A stretch of 64,000 bases of DNA from Candidatus Woesebacteria bacterium (GCA_050115675.1 JASFQB010000007.1:10108-74107), one strand, 5' to 3'; positions 43,701 through 52,370 are shown, numbered from the stretch's first letter. Numbers and translations are program-made. Notes: generated by a model not told the origin, from the sequence alone.

Positions 43701-44504
43701 ATGCACCACGTTTAGATTAAAGTCCTTTAAGCTAAACCTGTCTTGGTCGCTTAAATTAGCACCGGTCTGCACACAAAGCAATATTTCGTGAGCATCTTTA
43801 TCTTCTATACGACTGTAGTGGGCATCACAGGTCACAACTACAGGTATATCCAGATCTTTGGATAGCTTTATAATCTTTTCATTCACCATTGTCTGTTCTG
43901 GCCAACACTTTGGAGCATCAGGATGACCATGATCTTGAACTTCAAGATAGTATCTGTCGCCAAATAAATTTTTATACCACTTTGCAAATTCGTAGGCTTT
44001 TTTGTCTTGACCCTCTCTAAGATGTTCTGCGACTTCGCCACCAATGCAGCCCGAAAGACAGATAATCCCTTCGTTGTGCTTCTCTAATAAGTCATGATCG
44101 ATGCGAGGTTTGTAGTAATATCCATCAAGGTTTGCAATAGTACTTAGTCTAAATATGTTCTCAAGTCCTCTACGATTGCTCGCCAGTAGCACCAAGTGAT
44201 ATCGCGCTCGATCATGAGATGCATCCTTATCGGTATGCTTACGAGGTGCCATGTAAGTTTCTATGCCAATAACTGGTTTGATTCCTCGCGCCTTAGCCTC
44301 TTTATAAAACTCAATAGCGCCAGATATCGTACCGTGATCGGTTAGCCCTACCGCAGTCATACCGCATTCTTGCGCCCAATCTAAAAGCTGTGGCACCTTT
44401 TGCAGGCCATCAAGCACACTGTAATGTGTGTGGTTGTGCAAATGCACATAGTCGCTAGCTTTAAGCTGCGGCCTAGTATCCGACAAATTACCCTCCAAGG
44501 CCAT
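40773..44504 (-). CDS. dnaE: DNA polymerase III alpha subunit (DnaE) with extra C-terminal ~100 aa
   Basis: PHP domain HLHNHTHYSVLDG, palm/fingers motifs (GRGSAAGS, PDIDVD), HhH, OB fold. 1243 aa. Confidence 0.9.
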   Translation of the reverse strand: MALEGNLSDTRPQLKASDYVHLHNHTHYSVLDGLQKVPQLLDWAQECGMTAVGLTDHGTISGAIEFYKEAKARGIKPVIGIETYMAPRKHTDKDASHDRARYHLVLLASNRRGLENIFRLSTIANLDGYYYKPRIDHDLLEKHNEGIICLSGCIGGEVAEHLREGQDKKAYEFAKWYKNLFGDRYYLEVQDHGHPDAPKCWPEQTMVNEKIIKLSKDLDIPVVVTCDAHYSRIEDKDAHEILLCVQTGANLSDQDRFSLKDFNLNVVHPQDIVDRWGKDYPEVVLNSRVIADRCDVDFDFDSMHIPKFDVPEGQTEKSFLDELVFKGLAERYGDIERVKVDNMTIDECKKVLNNDALERVEYELGIVDGMGFNGYFLIVQDFINWGKAQGIIFGPGRGSAAGSIIAFALRITDLDPLKYDLLFERFLNPDRISMPDIDVDIQDTRRDEVIQYCSDKYGKNRVSNIVTFGKMAARAAVRDVARTLEVPYAEADRLAKLIPQPVQGKNIPLVKCLEQDADFKNEYDINPVSRRVIDQAIRLEGTIRSHGVHACGVVIAPDELVKFIPLEMAQKGVVATQFPMGQVEELGLLKMDFLGLSNLTIIKNTMRIMKRVYDAEVDLDRLPLDDKPAYELLSRGDTTGVFQLESAGMKRYLKELQPSVFDDIIAMVALYRPGPMQFIDDFIARKHGRKKIEYLHPLMKNALQNTYGILVYQEQVMQISKELCGFTGGQADTLRKAIGKKKIDVMQKMKVDFVDGAVKNGANRDMMNGFWKQLEDFAAYCFNKSHAACYGLIAYWTAYLKAHYPAAFMAALMTSDNDDTDRLAIEITECKHMGIEVLPPDVNESFAEFAVVPGKDQVRFGLSAVKNVGANAVEEILRARREGGEFETIEDFTKRVSVRIVNRKNLESLVKAGAFDRFGERAELLFNMDAILAFASKLQKEAASGQANLFGDDSNLVPMASLQLMAAPAPAPEPEKLLWERELLGLYLSSHPLDPYDNYFSEQTHDIGDLKSTHDDMVVSVGGVISAIRQIATKNGDKMAFVKIEGKTGEIELIIFPKSYEKFQSLLVQDKVILAKGKLSAKDRNGNIGDELKILADDIVEILLEVAQRYRPTGQKIDPPAQGKLRVKRIPGGGFNGFNTTSTKAPTASGKKVAYRPVEESVRQQPNSMPVDRLYVHVKDPQDSDSLLKLKQMLNEYPGDNDVVLVLGVDKKSAIKVPFKVNPSDELQKNVAKLLGENCVALK

Positions 44505-44561
44505 ATCACAAATGTATTGTATATAATTATAGACTAAAACTCGTCAGATCAGAATTTTTTT

Positions 44562-44596
44562 GCAGGATCTTTCACTCAACTCGTAAAAGATCCTGC
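44562..44596. repeat. Inverted repeat GCAGGATCTTT-N13-AAAGATCCTGC (copy 1)
   Basis: 11-bp arms 18 nt 3' of mini zinc-ribbon gene 1. The same arms recur at 45026-45070. Confidence 0.7.
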
Positions 44597-44614
44597 CCTA
44601 ATGGATTTCGCGAC

Positions 44615-44731
44615 CTACTTTTTAGTTTTTCTGCATGTGCTACAAAGCCAATTACCATTACTCATTCTGGTTAGAACTGATGTCCACTTGCCACATTCAT
44701 CGCAATGACCTTTACGTGTAGATATGTGCAT
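44615..44731 (-). CDS. Mini zinc-ribbon protein (38 aa)
   Basis: MHISTRKGHCDECGKW...LCSTCRKTKK. GAGG 5 nt upstream of the ATG at 44731. Paralog at 45078-45215. Confidence 0.5.
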   Translation of the reverse strand: MHISTRKGHCDECGKWTSVLTRMSNGNWLCSTCRKTKK

Positions 44732-45025
44732 TTCAGCCTCATTCCAAAACGATTTAAGTACTATTTTGCTTTGGCCCTCTTGTAGCACGCAGGGCACAGC
44801 CATTTTTTTGTAGGTGAGTGATAGACCAGCGCACTTGAAAACTTATTGCATGTATCGCAGTTGCCAGAATGCGACCTAACCATTTTACGCTCCACTCGTA
44901 CAGTTGGGGTTGGCTGTAGACCAAACTAACTATCACGTTTATGATAGCACCTATAATTATAGCAGCAATAGCCATAAGCTACTGTGCAAATCTACCACGC
45001 CCACATACATCTTGCCATTAATTAA

Positions 45026-45070
45026 GCAGGATCTCTTATTAGGCAAAATACACCAAGTAAAAGATCCTGC
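45026..45070. repeat. Inverted repeat GCAGGATCT-N27-AGATCCTGC (copy 2)
   Basis: Same arm sequence as copy 1, 7 nt 3' of mini zinc-ribbon gene 2. Confidence 0.65.
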
Positions 45071-45077
45071 AAACAAG

Positions 45078-45215
45078 CTAGATAGTGCATGAACAAATCA
45101 GGAAACTATATGCATTCTTGCGACATGAGACACAAAGCCACTTGCCATTTTTTCTCATCAATACGCTCGAGTATTTGCCACATTCCTCACATGTACCTGC
45201 ATGCTGGCCAAGCAT
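45078..45215 (-). CDS. Mini zinc-ribbon protein paralog (45 aa), not in the ORF track
   Basis: Hand translation gives MLGQHAGTCEECGKYSSVLMRKNGKWLCVSCRKNAYSFLICSCTI. AGAAGGG SD upstream. Aligns with 44615-44731 (C[DE]ECGK..SVL.R..G.WLC..CRK). Confidence 0.5.
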   Translation of the reverse strand: MLGQHAGTCEECGKYSSVLMRKNGKWLCVSCRKNAYSFLICSCTI

Positions 45216-45319
45216 TACGATCTACCCTTCTGCTTAGATCCGACTCATTAAAATGCCTTCGGCACCATAACTATTATAGCATTTATAATTATAAATAAAC
45301 CTGCGTTTCAAAAGCAAAA

Positions 45320-45580
45320 CTAGTCCTGCGTAGATTGAACACCATCATGAACTTTTTGAGAAAACTCCCCAATGTACGGCAGGGTTTGCAACTGCGACAA
45401 AAACCACAAAAGAATCCAAATTAACAATGTTGCGCCTATTGCGCTACCAAATCCAAAAAATATACCACGCCAAAAGTTCATCCAATAAAGTTTGAAGCGA
45501 TTTTTATAATAATCTTCAAATAAAACATCCAGACACGCTTTTGGCGAGCCTTTTGCTATTTTTTCGCTGAGTTTTTTCAT
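45320..45580 (-). CDS. Small membrane protein
   Basis: 86 aa with two hydrophobic spans (GIFFGFGSAIGATLLIWILLWFL). Start abuts the ytxH-like stop. Confidence 0.5.
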   Translation of the reverse strand: MKKLSEKIAKGSPKACLDVLFEDYYKNRFKLYWMNFWRGIFFGFGSAIGATLLIWILLWFLSQLQTLPYIGEFSQKVHDGVQSTQD

Positions 45581-45877
45581 CTATTTTTTAGAACTCGCGG
45601 TTTTAGATGGCTTCTCAAACTCTTGCTTAGCTTTTTCTGCCGCACGCCCTGCGCGATCTTTGTAATCTTCTGCTTCTTCTTTAATATCTTCTAGTTTTTC
45701 ACTTAGGTGACCCTTGGCCTCTGTTATTGCCTCATCAGCTTCGGCTTTTGCCATATCTGCCTTAAGTTTAAGCTCTTTGCGCGTGTCTTTACCACTTTTT
45801 GGAGCAGCTAAAATTCCTGCAACAGCTCCTGCAACAGCTCCTACTATCAACCCTATACCAAATTTACTTTTTTTCAT
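45581..45877 (-). CDS. YtxH-like general stress protein
   Basis: MKKSKFGIGLIVGAVAGAVAGILAAPKSGKDTRKEL, then a charged helical region. AAAGGAGGAA SD before the ATG at 45877. Confidence 0.7.
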   Translation of the reverse strand: MKKSKFGIGLIVGAVAGAVAGILAAPKSGKDTRKELKLKADMAKAEADEAITEAKGHLSEKLEDIKEEAEDYKDRAGRAAEKAKQEFEKPSKTASSKK

Positions 45878-45887
45878 AATTCCTCCT

Positions 45888-46169
45888 TTAATCTTTGTCT
45901 TTTTTGTTTTTACTGCCATCATATTCGCGGCTATCTGCAAACTTTTGAATAAGCTCGCCTACAATTTTAGTAACCACGGCAGGCGCTGCAGCTTTTTGCA
46001 AAATGCCTGCCACACTCTCAAATTTACCAGCCGCACGCTCCGCCGTATCTGTTACGCGTTTTATTTGGCTAGCAATCTTTATTAGATACACTACCAAAAC
46101 GATTGATAAAATCAAAAAGAAAGCTAACGTTGCCGACAATATTATTACTAAAATCTGGGCTGCATCCAT
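45888..46169 (-). CDS. DUF948-like membrane-anchored protein
   Basis: N-terminal TM helix then a helical region (IKIASQIKRVTDTAERAAGKFESV). Commonly paired with YtxH. Confidence 0.6.
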   Translation of the reverse strand: MDAAQILVIILSATLAFFLILSIVLVVYLIKIASQIKRVTDTAERAAGKFESVAGILQKAAAPAVVTKIVGELIQKFADSREYDGSKNKKDKD

Positions 46170-46234
46170 GCGACATCCTTGCTTATTTTATTTTTAGTAT
46201 ACAAGGTAGTGGTTATAAAAACAAAGATCAGATC

Positions 46235-46879
46235 TCATACATTCTGTTGTAGCTTAATTGCGATATAATCTTTGGCGTTTTCGTCTGGATAGGCCCATGC
46301 GCTTTCAAAAATATCAAAAGGTACAACTCGACTTGGCTTAGGCGCTGGACCAGGATCATGCAATAGCAACGAATCGTCAGCGTGGCCATACACCAGAACA
46401 AAGTGCCCAACATAGCCAGGCTTGCCACTGAGCGCACGGGAGTTTACATTGCATATCAATAGATAACCCTTGTCCAAAATCCTGCATATTTCTTTAATTT
46501 TAGGTACTCTGCACTTAATAAGTTCTGTTTTGCACGCCTGCTTGGCAAAACACCTCTCTTTTGCAATATCGCTATTGGCAATCTGCGCGTCGCCAACCTC
46601 TCTGCCCGAATATTCAATTAAATAATCAGACCCCAGCGTTACAAATCTGTCATAATCAAAATTGCTTACTATATATGTGTCAAAACCCAATGATTTTAGC
46701 CACAAAATTCCTGCAAGCGGCCAAGTCCACAAACCAGGCTTTTTAGCCGTTAAAGCATCTAACTCATCCCAGTTATAATTAACGTTAGGCAAAAAGTACT
46801 TCACAGCCATTTTTATGGCCGCCTGATAACAATGAGTGCCATCAGGATTCGCGAAAAAAGACACATTTTTGCACGCCAT
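46235..46879 (-). CDS. Papain-like (C39-like) cysteine peptidase domain protein
   Basis: Candidate Cys (GTHCYQAAIKMA) and His/Asp (VGHFVLVYG...LHDPG). AAGGGG SD before the ATG at 46879. Confidence 0.55.
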   Translation of the reverse strand: MACKNVSFFANPDGTHCYQAAIKMAVKYFLPNVNYNWDELDALTAKKPGLWTWPLAGILWLKSLGFDTYIVSNFDYDRFVTLGSDYLIEYSGREVGDAQIANSDIAKERCFAKQACKTELIKCRVPKIKEICRILDKGYLLICNVNSRALSGKPGYVGHFVLVYGHADDSLLLHDPGPAPKPSRVVPFDIFESAWAYPDENAKDYIAIKLQQNV

Positions 46880-46902
46880 AACAAACACCCCTTGACAGTT
46901 TA

Positions 46903-47781
46903 TTATTTTTTTAACCGCTTCTGCAAATACTCCCTAAATTCTGGGCCGATTTTAGGGTCAATTAAGGCATAATCAACTATGGCTTGCAGATAGCGCGATT
47001 TGTCACCAGCGTCGTGCCATACGCCGTCTATTACGCGGCCGTAAACGGCTGTTTGCTCGGCAAGCTTGCCAATAGAATCACCTAAAACAATTTCGTCACC
47101 GTAACCCACGGTTTCTTTCTCTAAAATTGGCCAAATATCAGGAGTCAGTAAAAAACTTCCCACAGAGGCAAACTTAGATGGCGCTTTTTGTGGACCAGGT
47201 TTTTCTACAAAGCCAGAGATTCTGTATGTCTTTTCGTCAAACTGATCTTTTACTATCGCTATTCCAAGACGTTTTGTATCTTCTGGCTCAACTTCTACAA
47301 ATGACATTACGCTGCAACCAGTTTTTTTATAGGCATCCAGCAGCTGTTTTGGATAGGGCACTTCGCTTCTAAAAAAGTCGTCTGCAAAAATTACAAAAAA
47401 TGGCTCGTCGTCATCAATTAAGTGCCTGGCATTTAACACAGGTCGAGCGTTGCCTTTTGGAGTGCCTTTTTGTCGTAGATACACAAAGTTTGCCATTTCG
47501 GCAATGTTTTGAACCTGGTTAGCTTGATCGGCCTTGCCTTTTACTCGTAGTTCACTTTCTAACTCCTCTGATCTGTCAAAGTGATCTTCAAGGGCTCGTT
47601 TTGTATACCCTGTTACAATTATTACCGTCTGTACACCTGCCGCCACAAGCTGTTCTACGATAATTTGGATTACAGGCTTGTCTACTATTGGCAGCATCTC
47701 TTTTGGCATTGCTTTTGTTTGAGGCAAAAATCTTGTACCCAAACCCGCGGCTGCAATAATCGCTTTTGTTGGCATTTTCAT
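46903..47781 (-). CDS. galU: UTP--glucose-1-phosphate uridylyltransferase
   Basis: AAGLGTRFLPQTKAMPKEMLPIVDKP signature. VEKP motif. AAGGAGGG SD. Confidence 0.85.
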   Translation of the reverse strand: MKMPTKAIIAAAGLGTRFLPQTKAMPKEMLPIVDKPVIQIIVEQLVAAGVQTVIIVTGYTKRALEDHFDRSEELESELRVKGKADQANQVQNIAEMANFVYLRQKGTPKGNARPVLNARHLIDDDEPFFVIFADDFFRSEVPYPKQLLDAYKKTGCSVMSFVEVEPEDTKRLGIAIVKDQFDEKTYRISGFVEKPGPQKAPSKFASVGSFLLTPDIWPILEKETVGYGDEIVLGDSIGKLAEQTAVYGRVIDGVWHDAGDKSRYLQAIVDYALIDPKIGPEFREYLQKRLKK

Positions 47782-47806
47782 TTCTTAAACCCTCCTTTTT
47801 TGTACG

Positions 47807-49294
47807 CTAACTTAAACGCTGGTTTAATTCTTTACTAACCAGGCCAGGATTGGCTCTACCCTGACTCCGCTTCATTACTTGACCAACCAAAAAACCAATG
47901 GCTTTTTGCTCGCCAGCTCTTACGTCCTTGACTGCTTTTTGGCAAACTGGGTCAGACAAAACTTCATCTATAACTTTATGCAAAAATTCTAGATCATTTT
48001 GCTGAATTAAGCCTTTTTGCTCGGCAACTTTGCGTACGTTTGCAGCTGGATCTTTACGCAGTTCAAGCAACAATGCGTCAGAGTTGTTCGAGCTTAGCTC
48101 GCTGGCTTTTAGCATTTCGTAAACATCTGCAAACTGCTGTTCGCCCGGCAAGCCCTCTGGCTCGTCTATATTTGTAGCTTCTTTACGCTCTTTAATATCG
48201 CGATTAACTAAAAAGTTAGACGCAAAAACCGCCTGATTATTACCGTACACCTCTGCTACTTTAATAATTGTTTGCACATAGCCCAAATCGGTCGAGACAT
48301 CTGCAAGCAACAAAATCTCGGCAACAGAATGACGAATACCAGCCGCCTCCAGCTTGCCACGAAGCGTTGCGGGCAGCATTGGCTCAACTTCATCGCGGAT
48401 AGATGCAATATACTCACCAGTTAGCTCAACAGGAGGTAAGTCCGCGTCAGGAAAGTACCTGTAGTCATGCGCGTTTTCTTTGCTGCGCTGGCTAAATGTT
48501 CGCTGTTTTACATCGCTCCAGCCACGAGTTTCTTGCAATACGGGTTCGCCTTTTTGCAATAGCTCAACCTGTCGCTCAAACTCATACTCGACAGATCTTT
48601 CGACGCTACGAAATGAGTTTAGGTTTTTAATTTCTGTGCGGTTGCCAAGTTTGTTTGCGCCTTTTTTAGCGACAGAAATATTAACATCAAAGCGCATGTT
48701 GCCATAATACAAGTTACCCTCTGTAACCCCAGCGTATTTCATAAGCAAATGTAATTCTTGCGCAAAAGCTTTGGCTTGGGCGGCACTATGAATGTCTGGC
48801 TCAGAAACAATTTCAATAAGTGGCGTACCAGCGCGGTTCAAGTCTACCAAGCTGTAATCTGCGCCGTCTGGGTGTGTTAATTTACCAGCATCTTCTTCTA
48901 TATGGGCACGAGTAATTCTAACTGTAAAATCGCCTTCACCAAATGGAACCTTAACCCAACCCTTACCAACTGTTGGTCGCTCTAGCTGAGTAATCTGATA
49001 GCCTTTTGGCAAGTCTGGGTAAAAATAATGCTTTCTGTCAAAGCTACTTGTCTTTGCAATTTCAGCGTTTAAAGCAATCCCAGCCCTAACTGCCAAATGA
49101 ACTGCCTCGCGGTTTAGCACCGGCAAAGTGCCTGGCAGACCAAAACACAAAGGTGAAACTGTAGTGTTTGGATCGGCGTCTCGAGCGTCATTATCTGCAC
49201 CACTAAAAAGTTTAGTGCGAGTTTTAAGCTGTACGTGACATTCTATGCCTACCGTAAGCTCATACTGATTAAAAATATTTTTATTTACGCTCAT
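47807..49294 (-). CDS. gatB: Asp/Glu-tRNA amidotransferase subunit B
   Basis: GIECHVQL, FDRKHYFYPDLPKGYQITQ, C-terminal GatB/YqeY domain. ATG overlaps the upstream stop (TAATG). Confidence 0.9.
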   Translation of the reverse strand: MSVNKNIFNQYELTVGIECHVQLKTRTKLFSGADNDARDADPNTTVSPLCFGLPGTLPVLNREAVHLAVRAGIALNAEIAKTSSFDRKHYFYPDLPKGYQITQLERPTVGKGWVKVPFGEGDFTVRITRAHIEEDAGKLTHPDGADYSLVDLNRAGTPLIEIVSEPDIHSAAQAKAFAQELHLLMKYAGVTEGNLYYGNMRFDVNISVAKKGANKLGNRTEIKNLNSFRSVERSVEYEFERQVELLQKGEPVLQETRGWSDVKQRTFSQRSKENAHDYRYFPDADLPPVELTGEYIASIRDEVEPMLPATLRGKLEAAGIRHSVAEILLLADVSTDLGYVQTIIKVAEVYGNNQAVFASNFLVNRDIKERKEATNIDEPEGLPGEQQFADVYEMLKASELSSNNSDALLLELRKDPAANVRKVAEQKGLIQQNDLEFLHKVIDEVLSDPVCQKAVKDVRAGEQKAIGFLVGQVMKRSQGRANPGLVSKELNQRLS

Positions 49295-49710
49295 TAAAAT
49301 GCTCCTAGATCCTTAAGACCAGCCCTAAAGTAGCGCAAAGCGCGATTGGTTGTCATACTATTTAGTTTAAAGCCGCTTTCGTGCGCTAATTGATTGCGAA
49401 TTTTATGTGCTTGCCACACATGGTCTACGTTTTTAAACGCCTTGCGTGCGCTTTTTAGTCGCTCGCCCATTGTTTGACCAGAGTAGCCAGACTGTCTTAG
49501 AGCTTGGTCAAGCAGCTTGTCAGCCTCCAAAATTGCCAATTGCCAGCCCGCGCCACCTTGCTCGCGCAGTTTTTCTATTTGTTGCCATTGAGCCTTAAAC
49601 GCCTCTTTGTTTAGCTTGCCCTTGCTTCGATTAGCTAAAGCAATAACAGCCAACAAAACAAAACCAATGACCAAAATTGCAACAAACATTATTAAAATTA
49701 GATTATCCAC
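49294..49710 (-). CDS. Membrane-anchored all-helical protein with Rx4H motif (HEPN/DUF4145-like guess) embedded in gatCAB
   Basis: N-terminal TM (LILIMFVAILVIGFVLLAVIALA). LEADKLLDQALR...GERLKSA...AHKIRNQLAHE. GTG start with GAGGAG 7 nt upstream, overlapping the gatA stop by 8 nt. Confidence 0.55.
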   Translation of the reverse strand: MDNLILIMFVAILVIGFVLLAVIALANRSKGKLNKEAFKAQWQQIEKLREQGGAGWQLAILEADKLLDQALRQSGYSGQTMGERLKSARKAFKNVDHVWQAHKIRNQLAHESGFKLNSMTTNRALRYFRAGLKDLGAF

Positions 49711-51133
49711 GGCCTAACTCCTCTAGTTGATTTGCCAACGAAAACAGCAGTGCATCACTTTTTAAATTACCAATTATTTGCAGACCTATTGGCATATTGT
49801 CGTCGCCCAGGCCAGCAGGAATGCTAATTGCGGGCAGCCCTGCCAAGCTTGCTGACACAGTCATAATGTCTGCCAAGTACATTTGCAATGGATCGCCAGC
49901 GTTTTCTCCTAGCTTAAAAGCGGTAGTCGGTGCGACAGGTCCAACCAAAACGTCAAACTCTTCAAAGGCTTTTTTAAATTCTTCAATCAATATCGTACGT
50001 GCAATTTGGGCTTTGCGATAATAAGCATCGTAATATCCACTAGACAAAACGTAAGTACCAATCAAAATTCGACGTTTGTTTTCTGCCATAAAGCCTTGAT
50101 CACGTGTGAGATTAAACACCTCTTCAAGATTTTTCGCCCCTAAAGCGCTGTGTCCATAGCGTATGCCGTCGTAGCGGCTAAGATTTGAGCTAATCTCGGC
50201 CGGAACAACAATGTAATAAACCGCCAAACCAAGCGATACTGCTGGCAAGCTAACTTCTTCTACCTCGTGACCAAGCTCTTTTAGCTGCTCGATCTGCTGA
50301 TTAATTTGTTTTCTTACATCTGGCGCAACGCCCTCGCTCATGTACTCTTTGATGACACCAACTTTGAGTTTTTGGCTTATTGGGTTGTCTGCTGGCAAAA
50401 AACTATCTGGACGCTCTGGCAAAGTGGTGCTATCGCGTTCGTCCTTGCCAGCCATGATATCAATCACTAAAGCTGCGTCTTCGGCAATATTTGCAAGCGG
50501 GCCAATGGTGTCGGTAGAGCTAGCCATTGCAACCACGCCCGAGCGCGATACCAAGCCATATGTTGGCTTGTAACCGACAACGCCACAGTAGCTTGCTGGC
50601 AAGCGAATTGAACCACCCGTGTCTGTGCCTAGCGCAAATGGCACTATATCTAGCGCTACCGCAGCGCCAGAACCACCAGAAGATCCACCAGGAACGCGCG
50701 CAGGGTCGTTAGGGTTTTTTGTAGGACCAAAATAGCTGTTCTCTGTACTAGATCCATGCGCAAATGCGTCTAGGTTGGCCTTTGCAATCACAATTGCGCC
50801 TTCGGCCTCTAATTTTTGAATTGCAGTCGACTGATAAGGAGCTTCAAACGACTCCAAAATCTTGCTGGCTGCCGTCGTTTTGCTACCATATGTTAAAAAA
50901 TTATCTTTAGCAATAAACGGAATACCCGCCAAACGGCCAAGTTTTTCGCCTTTTTTGCGCGCTTCGTCTATTTGATCGGCTCGTTGCAAGGCCCTGTCTT
51001 CGACAACACTTATTGCTACATTGTACTCAACCTGAACCTCTTTTAGGCGTTTTAGTGCAGATTCTACCAACGAACGAGCAGTAACCTCGCGATTTTTTAG
51101 GGCGTCTTTTAACTGTGAAATTGTTTTACTCAT
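49703..51133 (-). CDS. gatA: Glutamyl-tRNA(Gln) amidotransferase subunit A
   Basis: Amidase signature GGSSGGSGAAVA and DTGGSIRLPAS. Confidence 0.9.
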   Translation of the reverse strand: MSKTISQLKDALKNREVTARSLVESALKRLKEVQVEYNVAISVVEDRALQRADQIDEARKKGEKLGRLAGIPFIAKDNFLTYGSKTTAASKILESFEAPYQSTAIQKLEAEGAIVIAKANLDAFAHGSSTENSYFGPTKNPNDPARVPGGSSGGSGAAVALDIVPFALGTDTGGSIRLPASYCGVVGYKPTYGLVSRSGVVAMASSTDTIGPLANIAEDAALVIDIMAGKDERDSTTLPERPDSFLPADNPISQKLKVGVIKEYMSEGVAPDVRKQINQQIEQLKELGHEVEEVSLPAVSLGLAVYYIVVPAEISSNLSRYDGIRYGHSALGAKNLEEVFNLTRDQGFMAENKRRILIGTYVLSSGYYDAYYRKAQIARTILIEEFKKAFEEFDVLVGPVAPTTAFKLGENAGDPLQMYLADIMTVSASLAGLPAISIPAGLGDDNMPIGLQIIGNLKSDALLFSLANQLEELGRG

Positions 51134-51420
51134 AATACCTTGGGAACTTTAATTTGGCTTTGCTGTTGTGCGGGGGCATTTTGCAAAAGCTCCTCACGCG
51201 AAACATCATAATTGATAATCTCATCGTCGCGCATAACATTTTTTAAACCATCCACTTGATAAGTTGGTTCGATATTTACCGTGCTTAAAGAGTCAAGCTG
51301 TTTTACGTGGTCTAAAATTGCACCCAGTTCGTTTTGGAGTTTTTTTACTTCTTCGTCTGTTACGCCAATTTTAGAAAGCGCAGCAACATATTTAACATCA
51401 TCAAAAGTAATCGTAGACAT
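51130..51420 (-). CDS. gatC: Asp/Glu-tRNA amidotransferase subunit C
   Basis: 96 aa (VKYVAALSKIGVTDEE...L..IL..V..L). 4-nt overlap with gatA. ATG at 51420 lies 10 nt from TGTTATAAT. Confidence 0.8.
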   Translation of the reverse strand: MSTITFDDVKYVAALSKIGVTDEEVKKLQNELGAILDHVKQLDSLSTVNIEPTYQVDGLKNVMRDDEIINYDVSREELLQNAPAQQQSQIKVPKVL

Positions 51421-51494
51421 AACTATAGTAATTATAACAGTGGTGAGCATTAATGCAACATCAACAATTCAGTTATTACATAACGATCACGCGA

Positions 51495-51523
51495 TTGACA
51501 TGATTAATATATAGTGATAAAGT
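51495..51523 (+). promoter_or_regulatory. Promoter TTGACA-N17-TAAAGT
   Basis: About 45 nt upstream of the AGGAG-ATG at 51568. Confidence 0.5.
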
Positions 51524-51567
51524 TACCCTGTTCTAGAAGACCTCGCACCTAATCATCAGGAGTGATC

Positions 51568-51888
51568 ATGTTTGGACGTCCCAAAAGAAAGAAGCCCAAA
51601 TTTACCTCAGTTGAGGTGGGCGTTTTGCACGTAACACTGGTTGACGAGCAAATGCCTTTTGAGGTTGGCCTAGCGCTGCATGGCGATTTTAAGGAAATTG
51701 GCAGGATTCTTTGCGGAGAACGGAAGCATGAAGGGCCATACAATGTGAAATTTTACAACAGGTCTGGTGGTCCTCACAGGCCGAATCCATTGCTGGACTA
51801 CCGCGAGACTATTGGTATTTCGCCAGAAAAGATTAGCTCAATTAGCCTTACAGGTATTTTCACAGCTCGTTTGCATACCGCCGACTAG
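51568..51888 (+). CDS. Hypothetical protein
   Basis: AGGAG 6 nt upstream of the ATG at 51568. Basic N-terminus. No motif recognised. Confidence 0.45.
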   Translation: MFGRPKRKKPKFTSVEVGVLHVTLVDEQMPFEVGLALHGDFKEIGRILCGERKHEGPYNVKFYNRSGGPHRPNPLLDYRETIGISPEKISSISLTGIFTARLHTAD

Positions 51889-51964
51889 TGCAAATGCCGC
51901 CTTGCAACCGCAAATAGCAAGACGGCATTTTAATTTGTCTTTGTCAAAAATCAGGGAGGTTGAG

Positions 51965-52363
51965 ATGCTTGGAAGGCAACGCACCTTTAGCGACACCTTA
52001 GGCAAACTAACAATATATTGCAATTTGCCTAATATCCCACCACTGTCCGCTTGCTTTGTGCAAAAATCTGAATATCTTAGACTTTTTAGATATATAGAGC
52101 TACTAAGTGATTATTACGGGCCCCAGGACGGCAACTGGCAATATGCGTGCAATATACTGGGCATAGCCACGGACACACAAGATGACCCTGCACTAAAACA
52201 GCTGATCACAATCGAGGTCTATGACGCTACTTTTGCAAGACCCAGAAGACTATTTAGGCAAGTGCCAACTGCAACTTACACAAAAACTTTACGACTTAGA
52301 CTTTTTAGGCTGAGTGCTGCATTTTTTACAGATGAGTTTGAGGCAAAGGTACCAATTAAATAA
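51965..52363 (+). CDS. Hypothetical protein
   Basis: GGGAGG SD before the ATG at 51965. The track N-terminal extension is discounted. Confidence 0.5.
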   Translation: MLGRQRTFSDTLGKLTIYCNLPNIPPLSACFVQKSEYLRLFRYIELLSDYYGPQDGNWQYACNILGIATDTQDDPALKQLITIEVYDATFARPRRLFRQVPTATYTKTLRLRLFRLSAAFFTDEFEAKVPIK

Positions 52364-52370
52364 CTGAACA

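Noticed and set aside
44562-44596. Inverted repeat as an ordinary rho-independent terminator of the mini zinc-ribbon gene
   Set aside because: On the coding (minus) strand the hairpin is followed by an A run, not a U run. It is therefore kept as a repeat or structure of unknown role.
44754-44975. 73-aa minus-strand ORF between the two mini zinc-ribbon genes
   Set aside because: It has a hydrophobic N-terminus but no SD. It overlaps the upstream region of zinc-ribbon gene 1 and has no counterpart in the duplicated unit. There is not enough support to call it.
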